64,000 nucleotides of DNA from positions 1 through 64,000 of the IMG/VR virus record IMGVR_UViG_3300045534_000133. One strand, given 5' to 3'. How positions within the stretch are numbered: the stretch's first letter is position 1; each line of letters opens with the position of its first letter. The notes under the pieces were generated by a model. It did no database searches, was not told where the DNA came from, and saw nothing but the letters and a program-made list of their open reading frames with translations. A program made the translations under genes and the position numbers. Below are positions 47,806-56,377 of the stretch, piece by piece. The stretch comes from a virus.

Positions 47806-47997
47806 ATGCACAAGATTTTTGGATGGAGCGCCAAGCGCTCCGGCGCCACACAGACGATCAAGGGCCGCGACGTTCAGAACAAGGGCGTGCGCGTCACTGA
47901 CGTGGTGTCGATCGAGGCCACTACCGGAGACGGCCGCGTCGTCGCCACCACGGCCAACGGTGCCCAGTTCGCCCTGATCGCCGGGCCTGCAGCCTGA
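47806..47997 (+). CDS. Hypothetical protein
   Basis: GGGAG RBS. Confidence 0.6.
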   Translation: MHKIFGWSAKRSGATQTIKGRDVQNKGVRVTDVVSIEATTGDGRVVATTANGAQFALIAGPAA

Positions 47998-48119
47998 TGG
48001 CCGCCGTCCGCCTATTTTTCCGGCGCCTGTTCTGCCGCCACCAGTTTCAGTGGTCCCGGCGCTTCGGCAGCACGTTGACCTGCCGCAAGTGCGGCCACCG
48101 CACCCGGGCGCGCGACTGA
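47997..48119 (+). CDS. Small Zn-ribbon protein (40 aa)
   Basis: RLFCRH...CRKCG; TGATG coupling both sides. Confidence 0.6.
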   Translation: MAAVRLFFRRLFCRHQFQWSRRFGSTLTCRKCGHRTRARD

Positions 48120-48367
48120 TGGGCTTTCAACACATAGAGCCGGAGCGCCTGCGTACCTTCGCCCGGGCCAACGGCGTGCGCCGCCGGGCGATGACGGATG
48201 CGCAGGTGAAGCGCCTGCGTGAGTGCACCGACGGGACGGACGATCTGACGTTTGCGGTGGAGTTCGGTGTGGATATCCAGACCGTTTTTTCCGCCCGCGT
48301 GGGAAACAGCTACAAGGACCACCCGTCGGCACCACGCCGCATTTACGCGAAGCGAGCCCGGTCGTGA
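48119..48367 (+). CDS. Small HTH protein
   Basis: MT..QV..LR......A.EFGV...TV...R.G..YK. Confidence 0.6.
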   Translation: MGFQHIEPERLRTFARANGVRRRAMTDAQVKRLRECTDGTDDLTFAVEFGVDIQTVFSARVGNSYKDHPSAPRRIYAKRARS

Positions 48368-48666
48368 TCGCGGGGACGGAGATCGTCGCCTACAAGCGGT
48401 GGCAGGCCGACGGCACAGCGCTGGACATGTTTACATGGCCCATGGGCCCGAACGGTTGCAAAGCCTTGGCCGCGATCTGGACCGCCCGCCTGCAGAGCGG
48501 TCGATACAGCCGCATCGAACTGCGAATGGCCAACGGTCAGACCGTCGTCGTTAAGGCGAAGCGCGCCAAGGTGCCCCATGTGGAGGGAGTCTACATCGGC
48601 GACATGCCCTATCACGAATGGCTGGACACCCTGCAGCCCCGGCCGGAAGCTGGAGACGCGACATGA
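48364..48666 (+). CDS. Hypothetical protein
   Basis: GTGA coupling. Confidence 0.55.
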   Translation: MIAGTEIVAYKRWQADGTALDMFTWPMGPNGCKALAAIWTARLQSGRYSRIELRMANGQTVVVKAKRAKVPHVEGVYIGDMPYHEWLDTLQPRPEAGDAT

Positions 48667-49085
48667 CCGACAAACCAGTTTCCGGCCCAACGCTGTGGGT
48701 TTTGGAGGACATGATCAAACGGCGAGACCAGCGCATCATGGCGCTGGAGCGCTTGCTGGCCACCGTCGCTAAAGACGCTCTTGCCCTTCTCGATCGCCGC
48801 CTAGATCACGGGCCTGTCATCTACGACTCGACCATCCTCAACGGTGAGGTTTCTGAACTGCTGTTCTCAACCCGCACCGCGCGGGCACTGGAGGGGGCAG
48901 GTATTATCCGCGTCGGCGACCTTACCAAAACGACACGCGCCTACTTGTTGGGGCTGCCCAACATGGGGGCCAAGTCCGTCAATGAGATCGAGGAGGCTCT
49001 GGGCCACATGGACCTGTCACTGGCAGGTGGCCGCTCTCCTCACATTGAGGCGTACCTGCAGCGGCACAGGGAAGCCCGCCCATGA
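48663..49085 (+). CDS. RNA polymerase alpha-CTD-like protein
   Basis: ELLFSTRTARALEGAGIIRVGDL......LL.LPNMGAKSVNEIEEAL....L.L. Confidence 0.88.
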   Translation: MTDKPVSGPTLWVLEDMIKRRDQRIMALERLLATVAKDALALLDRRLDHGPVIYDSTILNGEVSELLFSTRTARALEGAGIIRVGDLTKTTRAYLLGLPNMGAKSVNEIEEALGHMDLSLAGGRSPHIEAYLQRHREARP

Positions 49086-49339
49086 TCGCTACCCACTTCA
49101 CCGCCAACCCGTTCTACCCAAACGACGGCACGCTGGTCTTCACTGACACGGCCACCGGGCGGCGCCAGCACATGCCCATCCATGCCACCACGACGCGGAC
49201 CGAGTTCCTGCGTCTGGCCCGCTACCACATGCGGCAGGTGCTGGTGCCCTACGACGCGGTGGAACCGAGGACAGCATCTCGCGTGCGCCTGCAGTTCCGG
49301 GGCGATCGGCGGCGCAACGGGGGCAGGTGGACGGAGTGA
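49082..49339 (+). CDS. Hypothetical protein
   Basis: ATGA coupling. Confidence 0.55.
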   Translation: MIATHFTANPFYPNDGTLVFTDTATGRRQHMPIHATTTRTEFLRLARYHMRQVLVPYDAVEPRTASRVRLQFRGDRRRNGGRWTE

Positions 49340-49548
49340 AGCCTGACGCCCGGCGCTTCCCCTTGTCGGCCGAGGCCGAGGCTTTGCTGGCCCGGCCGGA
49401 CTGGGAGCGTGTAAGCCTCGCTGACGGGGATGCTGCACAGGCTTTGGCACCCGGCATACCGGCGAGGGCTCCGATGCCGCTCCACGAGCCGGAATCTGGC
49501 CCTGCTGACGATGTTGAGGTGGGTGACGCCTCTGGCGATCTGTTCTAG
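49336..49548 (+). CDS. Hypothetical protein
   Basis: GTGA coupling. Confidence 0.45.
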   Translation: MKPDARRFPLSAEAEALLARPDWERVSLADGDAAQALAPGIPARAPMPLHEPESGPADDVEVGDASGDLF

Positions 49549-49613
49549 TAGCCCGAAGCTGCCCCGGCCCCGACTCGACGGGGCTGCACCGAAGGCCCGG
49601 TGGCGAGGCGTCT

Positions 49614-49690
49614 TGGGAGCGAGAGAGGGATTTGAACCCTCGACCTTCCGGGTATGAGCCGGACGCGCTACCGGACTGCGCCATCTCGCA
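49614..49690 (-). tRNA. tRNA with CAT anticodon (Met, initiator-like)
   Basis: Full cloverleaf TGCGAGA..GCGC..GCGC..TCCGG-CTCATAC-CCGGA..GAGGG-TTCAAAT-CCCTC-TCTCGCT-C-CCA. Confidence 0.93.
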
Positions 49691-49698
49691 TCAAAAAG

Positions 49699-49992
49699 GT
49701 GCCGGGGTTCTGTTGCCAAGCCCCCGGCGGGCTCCGCTTAGGCCGCTTGGGCCATGGGCTGGTAGTCGTTGTCGTTCAGTTTTATTTCGTGCCGACTGGT
49801 TACGGCGTCCTATGGCAAATCGAGTCTATTCGCCCCCATCATGGCCGCACCGCACAGGTCAGTTACGGAAGCCTTCGCAGGAACTCCCGGCCCTCCCATC
49901 TCCCGCGCTATGAACCCGGTCTGTGGAGGCCTGCCGATGCGGCTATGGTGGAGGCGCCGGGATTCGCACCCGGGTCTTTACCAGAACCCAGC
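49699..49992 (-). ncRNA. ssrA: Circularly permuted two-piece tmRNA
   Basis: Acceptor piece ends CGCCTCCACCA (49946); coding piece starts GGGGGCG (49837), giving a 7-bp stem with G3-U70; tag frame 49779-49738 LNDNDYQPMAQAA*; GGCAACAGAA motif. Outer ends are approximate. Confidence 0.9.
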
Positions 49993-50148
49993 CTGTGTGC
50001 CCCACAGAAGCTAGAGCGTCAAGCCTTTACGACGGCTCGACCGGGTGCCACTCGGTTGAGGTGTACCCGTTCTCGTCAACGAAGGAGCAGGCCTCCCAGA
50101 GAGCCCCGTCCTCCGCCAAGAAAAAGACCTGCCCTGTCTGGGTCATGG

Positions 50149-52677
50149 CTAATCATGCGCTTTGATCAGAACGTAGCCGAGGGTCGCACCGGAGCCTGCC
50201 GTGGAGACACGGGCACGGAGAGCGGCAGCGTTTACGTCCGGCACGGTGACCTGAACGGTCGAAGATGCGACGCCGGTAAGCGGAGAGCCGATGGCGTACC
50301 ACGTCGCGCCGAAGTCGTCCGAACCTTCAAGCTGGAACGCCGGGGCGGTCGTGGTGATCGCACCCATATTGACGACAAGCTGGGTGGCGTTGCCGCAGTC
50401 ACGGGCCAGCAGAACAGGCGTGGTGCTGTTGCCGGTGTTCGGCGCGATAGAGCGGTCGATCAGTTGGCGCGTGTTGGGGAACGGCGCGTTCGATTGCAGA
50501 CGGTTGATCGCGCGGGTGAACGAAGGCGTCGTGCCACCGATAGTCTGCACATAGCGGATGCGGTTGCCGGTCACAGGCAGGAACGGGCTGCGATAAATGC
50601 CCGTCGCCGTGATGCGCGGGAAGTCATACACCGTGAACCAGTTGGTGCCCGCGTCGTCGCTTTCCTCGATACGAACATCCAGCGTCGGGTTCGTGCCGCT
50701 GACAACCGTGACCGGAATGTTCACCTGATAGGAAATGCCGAAGCCGGGCGTGACAGCGGCAACCGTGGCGGTCGTGGTAATGGCCGCAGAGGCAACGTCG
50801 GCCACTGAAGCCATCAGAGCAAGGTTGGCGGCACCGATGGTGTTCGCACCAGCCGGAAGCGCGTTTGTGATTCCGGTCACCGCCGTGATCGTGCCAGAAG
50901 ACACCGTAACAGCCGGGACGTTCTGGACCGCCACAGGGGCCGCGCCCGAGATATCGCCGGTCGGGCGGGCCAGCACCTCAACGCGCTGGCGTTCGTAGTC
51001 GAAGATGCGAACGAACGACATGCGGAAGCATGACCGCTTGATAACAGCGCCAGCCGAGTTGGTCAGGGCGAAATCAGCAGGGAGGGTGGCTGCAAACGCC
51101 GCCGTGCCGGGCACAAGGGTCAGAGCCGTGGTGGCCGAGTTGGCCACCTTCCACACCCCGTCAACGCCGAGGGTGGCCCCGTTGGTCACGTTGGTGATGC
51201 CTTCGGCGTTCACATAGTCGCCGATCAGCAGACCAGCCCACGCAGCAGCACCGGTGATCACCAGTTGCCGGGTGCCGTTCGTCAGGGTGGACAGGGTGAC
51301 GTTGACGCCGGAGTTGTTGATGACCCCGAGGGCCGACAGAAGGTTGCCGCCTTGCACCTTGGCGATGACGCCGCCGTAACCAGTGACCGTCGAGGCCGTG
51401 CCTATCACCATAGTGAAGGTGGTCGCGTCAACAACCGTGACAGCCGTGGCCGCGACGACGTTCGGGAAGGCAGCCGCCGCCGTGTTGCTGTTGCCGTAAT
51501 AGACGATCAGATCGCCAGTCGTCAGGCCGTGTGCCGTCGCCGTCGTGAAAGTGCCGGTCGTCGTGCCGGTCTTGACGACGCTAACCACCTTGGCGGTCAG
51601 CACAGTCAAGGACTTCGAGTTGTTCGCGCGGATGCGGAGCCGGTAGTTCACAGACGGGTCCGGGCACACCTGCGTCCGCAGCACTCGACCGACGGCCTGC
51701 ACCAAGCTGTCCACCGGGCTGTCAGCCGTCTGAACGCGGTCAGCTTGGAGGTTGAACCGGTATTCGGAAGTCGGCGAGAAGGCGTAGGCGTACGGGGAGT
51801 TGACCAGTTGCACCGACGCAGCCGTAGCAACCGTGATCGCGTGGTTGCCCAAGATCGTGCCCGAGGGCAGTACGTCGCCGCTCTCCGACCGAAGATAGAA
51901 ACTGGCGTTCGTGATCGTGGCGTTCTCGAAAATCTGCGACACGCCGTTCTGGGCGCGTCCAAGACGCTCGCGAGCAAAGACCGAGCCTTTCGCGCCGACC
52001 GGGTTCGTGATGGTCTGCGAAGGGATGGTGCCGCCCGGTCCTGCGGTGCAGGTAAACTGGCGCGGCGTCGGGGTTGAAGCCACCACCAGCGCCGGATAGT
52101 TGGCCAGTTGGTTCGAGCAACCGACGATGCCAATGGACTGACCGGGCACCAGCCCGTGATCTGCTGAGGTATCGACAGTCAGGATGGTCGTGGTTTGCGT
52201 GATCGACGAAATCGCAATGTCAGCCACGGCAGCCAGAGGCGTCTGTGTGTCCACAATTTCGACGGAGAACTCTTGCCCGAGCGTGGCCTGCGAACGGCTT
52301 GCCCCGTACGCGAGTTCAAGCGGCATCCCGAAGGTGTCGATGGTTTCGAGCGTGGTCTGGTTTCCTGCGTCCCAAGGGGACTTGGAGATCATCAGATACG
52401 ATGCGCTCGCCGCATTACCGTCAGTCTGGACAATATCGCCCGTGCCCGTGGTGCGCGTCCAGTTCGCCAGCGACGGGTCTTCAAACGCATCCCGGAACTT
52501 CGTCTTGATGTTTGAGGCGACCACATCAATCGGCGACGGGGCGACAATCGGAACAGGAGCGTGATCGGAGGCCAGAACAACCGAGCGCGAGTTTGCGCTG
52601 GCCAGAGGGCCATCAGCGTTCGGGATGTTGATGGCGACGACGTTTCCAGCGGCGTCCAGTACGTTCATGGTGGTCAT
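50149..52677 (-). CDS. Thr/Ala/Gly/Val-rich beta-structured virion protein (fibre/filament candidate)
   Basis: Composition; repeated T...HGL..G motifs; co-oriented with portal operon. Confidence 0.65.
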   Translation of the reverse strand: MTTMNVLDAAGNVVAINIPNADGPLASANSRSVVLASDHAPVPIVAPSPIDVVASNIKTKFRDAFEDPSLANWTRTTGTGDIVQTDGNAASASYLMISKSPWDAGNQTTLETIDTFGMPLELAYGASRSQATLGQEFSVEIVDTQTPLAAVADIAISSITQTTTILTVDTSADHGLVPGQSIGIVGCSNQLANYPALVVASTPTPRQFTCTAGPGGTIPSQTITNPVGAKGSVFARERLGRAQNGVSQIFENATITNASFYLRSESGDVLPSGTILGNHAITVATAASVQLVNSPYAYAFSPTSEYRFNLQADRVQTADSPVDSLVQAVGRVLRTQVCPDPSVNYRLRIRANNSKSLTVLTAKVVSVVKTGTTTGTFTTATAHGLTTGDLIVYYGNSNTAAAAFPNVVAATAVTVVDATTFTMVIGTASTVTGYGGVIAKVQGGNLLSALGVINNSGVNVTLSTLTNGTRQLVITGAAAWAGLLIGDYVNAEGITNVTNGATLGVDGVWKVANSATTALTLVPGTAAFAATLPADFALTNSAGAVIKRSCFRMSFVRIFDYERQRVEVLARPTGDISGAAPVAVQNVPAVTVSSGTITAVTGITNALPAGANTIGAANLALMASVADVASAAITTTATVAAVTPGFGISYQVNIPVTVVSGTNPTLDVRIEESDDAGTNWFTVYDFPRITATGIYRSPFLPVTGNRIRYVQTIGGTTPSFTRAINRLQSNAPFPNTRQLIDRSIAPNTGNSTTPVLLARDCGNATQLVVNMGAITTTAPAFQLEGSDDFGATWYAIGSPLTGVASSTVQVTVPDVNAAALRARVSTAGSGATLGYVLIKAHD

Positions 52678-52689
52678 GTCAGGGCGTCC

Positions 52690-53010
52690 CTAGAGTTCGT
52701 CGATGATAAGGGCGACGTATTGCGAGTTGGCCGCCACGTTGAAGGCCGTTTTGGGTGGGGCGTATTCCCCAAGCCCGACCGCCGCCAGTCGGGCCTCCCA
52801 ACCGCCTTTGAAGCCAGCGTTGTCACCGGCCGTGCGACGTTCCCAAGACCCCTTCACGCTTCTCGGAAAGAGATTTGCGACGCGCCGAGGCCAGCTACCC
52901 TGACCAGCCGTGCTGGTGCCGACTGCAATGGCCGCCCGGCGCCGCCAAGAGCCTTTTCCAGCAGCCCCGGCCCCTGCATTTTCCGCGATCTGCCGCCAAT
53001 AGCTTTTCAT
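52690..53010 (-). CDS. Small protein with five W-x-R repeats
   Basis: YWRQIA, SWRRRA, SWPRRV, SWERRT, GWEARL. Confidence 0.55.
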   Translation of the reverse strand: MKSYWRQIAENAGAGAAGKGSWRRRAAIAVGTSTAGQGSWPRRVANLFPRSVKGSWERRTAGDNAGFKGGWEARLAAVGLGEYAPPKTAFNVAANSQYVALIIDEL

Positions 53011-53107
53011 GTCGCCACGGTCCCCGAACCTGCAGGTCTTTGACCGGGCTTACCGGCGTTCGCGCGTCTCGTCTAGGCTTCCGTTTGAAACGAGACGCCC
53101 GTTTTCC

Positions 53108-53419
53108 TCACCCCACCGAGCCCATACTGGCGACGATCTGGGCCCGAAAATCTTCCCACTGCGATGCTGACATGACGACGCGCTGGGTGAGCCCCGGCTT
53201 GACGTGCTTGTGGCGCTGGGGTTTGACGGCCGTGCCCCTACAGAACCCGCTGCAGGTGTCGCTGGAGGGGTAGCAGGTGACGCCGCACTGGCGGGATTCG
53301 TCCATATCCTCCCCCGCCGGGCGCATCGTGATCGCCACCTCTCCGCTCTCAAGGACGGTGATGTTGACGAACGCCGGGAACTCTCCGGGCGCCGTGTAGG
53401 ACGACACGCAACCGCTCAT
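53108..53419 (-). CDS. Hypothetical protein with Cys cluster
   Basis: TGATG coupling to portal stop. Confidence 0.5.
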   Translation of the reverse strand: MSGCVSSYTAPGEFPAFVNITVLESGEVAITMRPAGEDMDESRQCGVTCYPSSDTCSGFCRGTAVKPQRHKHVKPGLTQRVVMSASQWEDFRAQIVASMGSVG

Positions 53420-54981
53420 CACTCCCCCCAATCGGCAATGCCGTTCATGTCGCTGTCGGTCTGCGGAACCGACATGCCAGCGCCGCGCTCTGGGGATGCA
53501 GCAGCGGCAGCAGCGGCCTTTTGCTGTTCCTGCTGCTGCTGCCACGCCGTGGATGGCAAGGGCTTGCCGTCCGGCCCGAGCGTCATGCCGGGCATGCCCC
53601 CGCCGCGCAGGTTGAAGTCCTCGCTGCCCTCCTCCGGCGCCTGCGGCAGGTTCGCCATCTCGCGCAGCTTGTTCTCCAGTTCCCGGTCGGGGAACATCGG
53701 GGCGCCAGCACCGGCCAGAGAGGTGATGAAGCCCGCCAGCATGGTGAGGTCCGGGCGCTCCACATCCTCAACGTGGAACTTGGGCATGGTCGTCTGGTCC
53801 ATACCGTTGACGGCCCACAGGGCAGGCAGAACCGTGCGGTTGAGTTCGGCCACCGTCATTTTGAGGAAAGCGCCGAGCGCCTGCCCGAACAGGGCCGTCT
53901 TGTCGCTCGACAGGGCGAACGACCCGACCGCCGACTGACCGAGGAAAATGAAATCGGCGAGCGCGGACATGGCGATCTGCCGGTCATACCGCTCCAGCAC
54001 CTTCGTGGTGTCGGTGCGAGCGGAGCCGCCGGTGGACAGCAAGGTGAAGTCGAACCGGTATTTGCCCTGTGCGTCGGTTTCTGACGGCAGGACGAGGCCT
54101 TCGTTGGTGTCGCGGCGGACACCCTTCACAAGGGCCTGATAGGCGGCAAACACGGCCTTCTCTGCCGGGTCCGCGTCGGCGTCCATGTACTCGACCGGGA
54201 TGCGCGCGAGCGGCAGGCCCGCCATGTCGCGCTCAACCCCGACCGCCTCGATCTCCTCGATACGCCGCTTGAAGTACCACGGGCGGTAGGCGTTCCGCAG
54301 GATGGACCGGCCCTCTGGATTGTTCATCGCATCCGAGGTGCGGAACAGGACCATCTTCTCCATGGGGATGTAAAGCTGGACGCCGGTGTAGGGCTGCTGC
54401 CATGCGCCCAAAATCCGCCCGCTGGCGTCGTCGATATCCCACCGGACGATCGTGGCCTGTGCCCGGCCGGGAAGGCCGCGCAGGCCGATCTTGTTGTCAT
54501 TGAAGCGACTGTGGCGTGTCGGGTCCGCCTCATCCGGGCCCACGCGCTTTTTCCAAAGCATCTCGTGTAGGGAGAAGCCATAGATGAACATGGTGCTGAT
54601 CTCGGTCATCAGGCTCTCGACCGGCCGTTCCATGTCGTCGAACACCTCCTCGACGAACTTGGCCGCATCCTCCGCCTCTGGCGTCTCGTCAGCAGGCTGA
54701 ACGGTGTATGCAACGGACCGGAAAAGGGCCTGCAGCGCAAAGAGCAGACTGCCGACGACCGGGCAGTTGTCGCTCATCTCTTTGTAAACGCGACGGCCGC
54801 GCTGGCCACGCAGTTCGGCCAGCAGTTCCTCGTCAACATAGCCGGACGACTGGCGCAGGCCGGTCTGGCCCATCACAGAGGTGTCGAATCGGGTCACGCC
54901 CGGCTTGCGCGCGGCGCCCGGGGCCATGCCCTTGATATCAGGGTCTCGTCCAGTGGTGGCCTTATTCGTTGCCATTACCAT
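53419..54981 (-). CDS. Portal protein (DUF935/Mu gp29-like)
   Basis: Y.EM, YGFS..E..W, NP.G.SILR..Y..W.FK, GSFAL; follows terminase. Confidence 0.92.
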   Translation of the reverse strand: MVMATNKATTGRDPDIKGMAPGAARKPGVTRFDTSVMGQTGLRQSSGYVDEELLAELRGQRGRRVYKEMSDNCPVVGSLLFALQALFRSVAYTVQPADETPEAEDAAKFVEEVFDDMERPVESLMTEISTMFIYGFSLHEMLWKKRVGPDEADPTRHSRFNDNKIGLRGLPGRAQATIVRWDIDDASGRILGAWQQPYTGVQLYIPMEKMVLFRTSDAMNNPEGRSILRNAYRPWYFKRRIEEIEAVGVERDMAGLPLARIPVEYMDADADPAEKAVFAAYQALVKGVRRDTNEGLVLPSETDAQGKYRFDFTLLSTGGSARTDTTKVLERYDRQIAMSALADFIFLGQSAVGSFALSSDKTALFGQALGAFLKMTVAELNRTVLPALWAVNGMDQTTMPKFHVEDVERPDLTMLAGFITSLAGAGAPMFPDRELENKLREMANLPQAPEEGSEDFNLRGGGMPGMTLGPDGKPLPSTAWQQQQEQQKAAAAAAASPERGAGMSVPQTDSDMNGIADWGE

Positions 54982-56377
54982 AGCCCTCTTGCGCCACGCC
55001 GAACCACGGGACAGCGCGCACTATGCCAGCGGGCGCGACTCGTTTCACCCCTGTGGGATAGAGACGCCGATACTGCTCTTGCGCAAGAGCAAGGGCCATC
55101 ACGCAGTCGTCGTGAAAACCTTCGGGAGCCGTGTAGCGTGTGCCGGTCCGGGTATGCTCGAACTCGAAAATCTCCAGTTCCTCGACAAGGTGCTGACCGG
55201 CGCCCTCTTTCACGATGCCAATGAGGCCGCCTTGGATGGCGTTGGCCAAGCCCTCCATCAGGTGCTGCTTTGACTTCATGGAGAACAGGTAGCCCTCCGC
55301 GCGGCTGGCCTTGGCCACGATGTTCTGGACGACGACAGAGCCGAGGCCGGTGGAGTCGACCAGCGCTGGCCTGCGGCCGATGATCTGGGTGACGCGCTCC
55401 TGTGTGAAGGGCCAGCCCGTCTTGTTCCAGCGCTCGATACCCGTCATGTCGCCGAAGCGATCGAGCCCCACCACGACCGTGTAGTCCCGCGTGTCGCCGA
55501 GATCGACGCCAAAAACAACGGTCTTTTCCTCGCTTAGGGACGGCATGATGCAGCGCTGGATGTTGGCGATGCCGAAGGGGTTTTCCCCGTCCTCGCTGCC
55601 TTCGGCGAGGTAGAGTTCAAGAAAGACCGCGTCGGGCAACATGGACTTGGCCTGCCGCACCTCGTCAAAGCTGATCACCCCGCCCTTGGCCGCGTCCCAC
55701 GCGGTGATCTTGCGGTAGGACATATCCGGGGCGCCCATCTGGGCCTTCCGGCTCATCTTGTAGAACCAGTTCCCCCGGCCCTTGACGTTCCCAATGATGC
55801 GGACCGGGCCGCGCGTGGCCGTCAGCGTTGACCGGATGGCGAAAAAGGCGGCCTCTCGCATGCGGGATGCCTCGTCGATCACGACCGCGTAAACGTCGTC
55901 CCCATACAGGTTGTCCGGTTTTTCTGCAGACCGGAAACGCATCACTGCATCGTGGAAAAGCACGATGACGTTGTCCGTGTCGTTCGTGGACTTGATCATC
56001 CACGGCTTCAACGCCCGCTTCATCCGGCTGTAGGCGATCTTGGCTTGGGCATAGACCGGGGCCACCCACCAATACTCTCGACCCGCGCCAACGCCGAGGA
56101 CCGCCTGCTCTGCCAGCCACGCCATGCAGCCGACGGTCTTCCCCGCCTTTGTGGACGCCTCACACAGGCCGAAGCGTGCGGTTCGTCCATTCAGGTCAGG
56201 GCACAGGAACAAGGCTTCCCACTGGGCCGTGTAAAGCGGCGGTCGGCGCCACCGATATCGTTTGCCGTTATGCTCGACGATCTGGGTGAACTCCGGCGCC
56301 TTTTGCAGGTCGCCCGGCGGGTTCAGCCCGCTGTCGATCTCCGCGAGCAGAATCTCGGTCTCGGGTGAAGCCGTCAT
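54962..56377 (-). CDS. terL: Terminase large subunit
   Basis: ASTKAGKT, VVIDEA, GVDLG...D.T, D.TG.G, HDD.VMALA. Confidence 0.95.
   Translation of the reverse strand: MTASPETEILLAEIDSGLNPPGDLQKAPEFTQIVEHNGKRYRWRRPPLYTAQWEALFLCPDLNGRTARFGLCEASTKAGKTVGCMAWLAEQAVLGVGAGREYWWVAPVYAQAKIAYSRMKRALKPWMIKSTNDTDNVIVLFHDAVMRFRSAEKPDNLYGDDVYAVVIDEASRMREAAFFAIRSTLTATRGPVRIIGNVKGRGNWFYKMSRKAQMGAPDMSYRKITAWDAAKGGVISFDEVRQAKSMLPDAVFLELYLAEGSEDGENPFGIANIQRCIMPSLSEEKTVVFGVDLGDTRDYTVVVGLDRFGDMTGIERWNKTGWPFTQERVTQIIGRRPALVDSTGLGSVVVQNIVAKASRAEGYLFSMKSKQHLMEGLANAIQGGLIGIVKEGAGQHLVEELEIFEFEHTRTGTRYTAPEGFHDDCVMALALAQEQYRRLYPTGVKRVAPAGIVRAVPWFGVAQEGYGNGNE

Noticed and set aside
49946-49978. tRNA 3' fragment as an integration (att) site
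   Set aside because: It pairs perfectly with GGGGGCG at 49837 and is followed by a tag frame, so it is better explained as a complete permuted tmRNA; no integrase in the window
49654-50148. Protein ORFs overlapping the RNA locus
   Set aside because: Region is explained by tRNA and tmRNA structure; translations lack recognisable features
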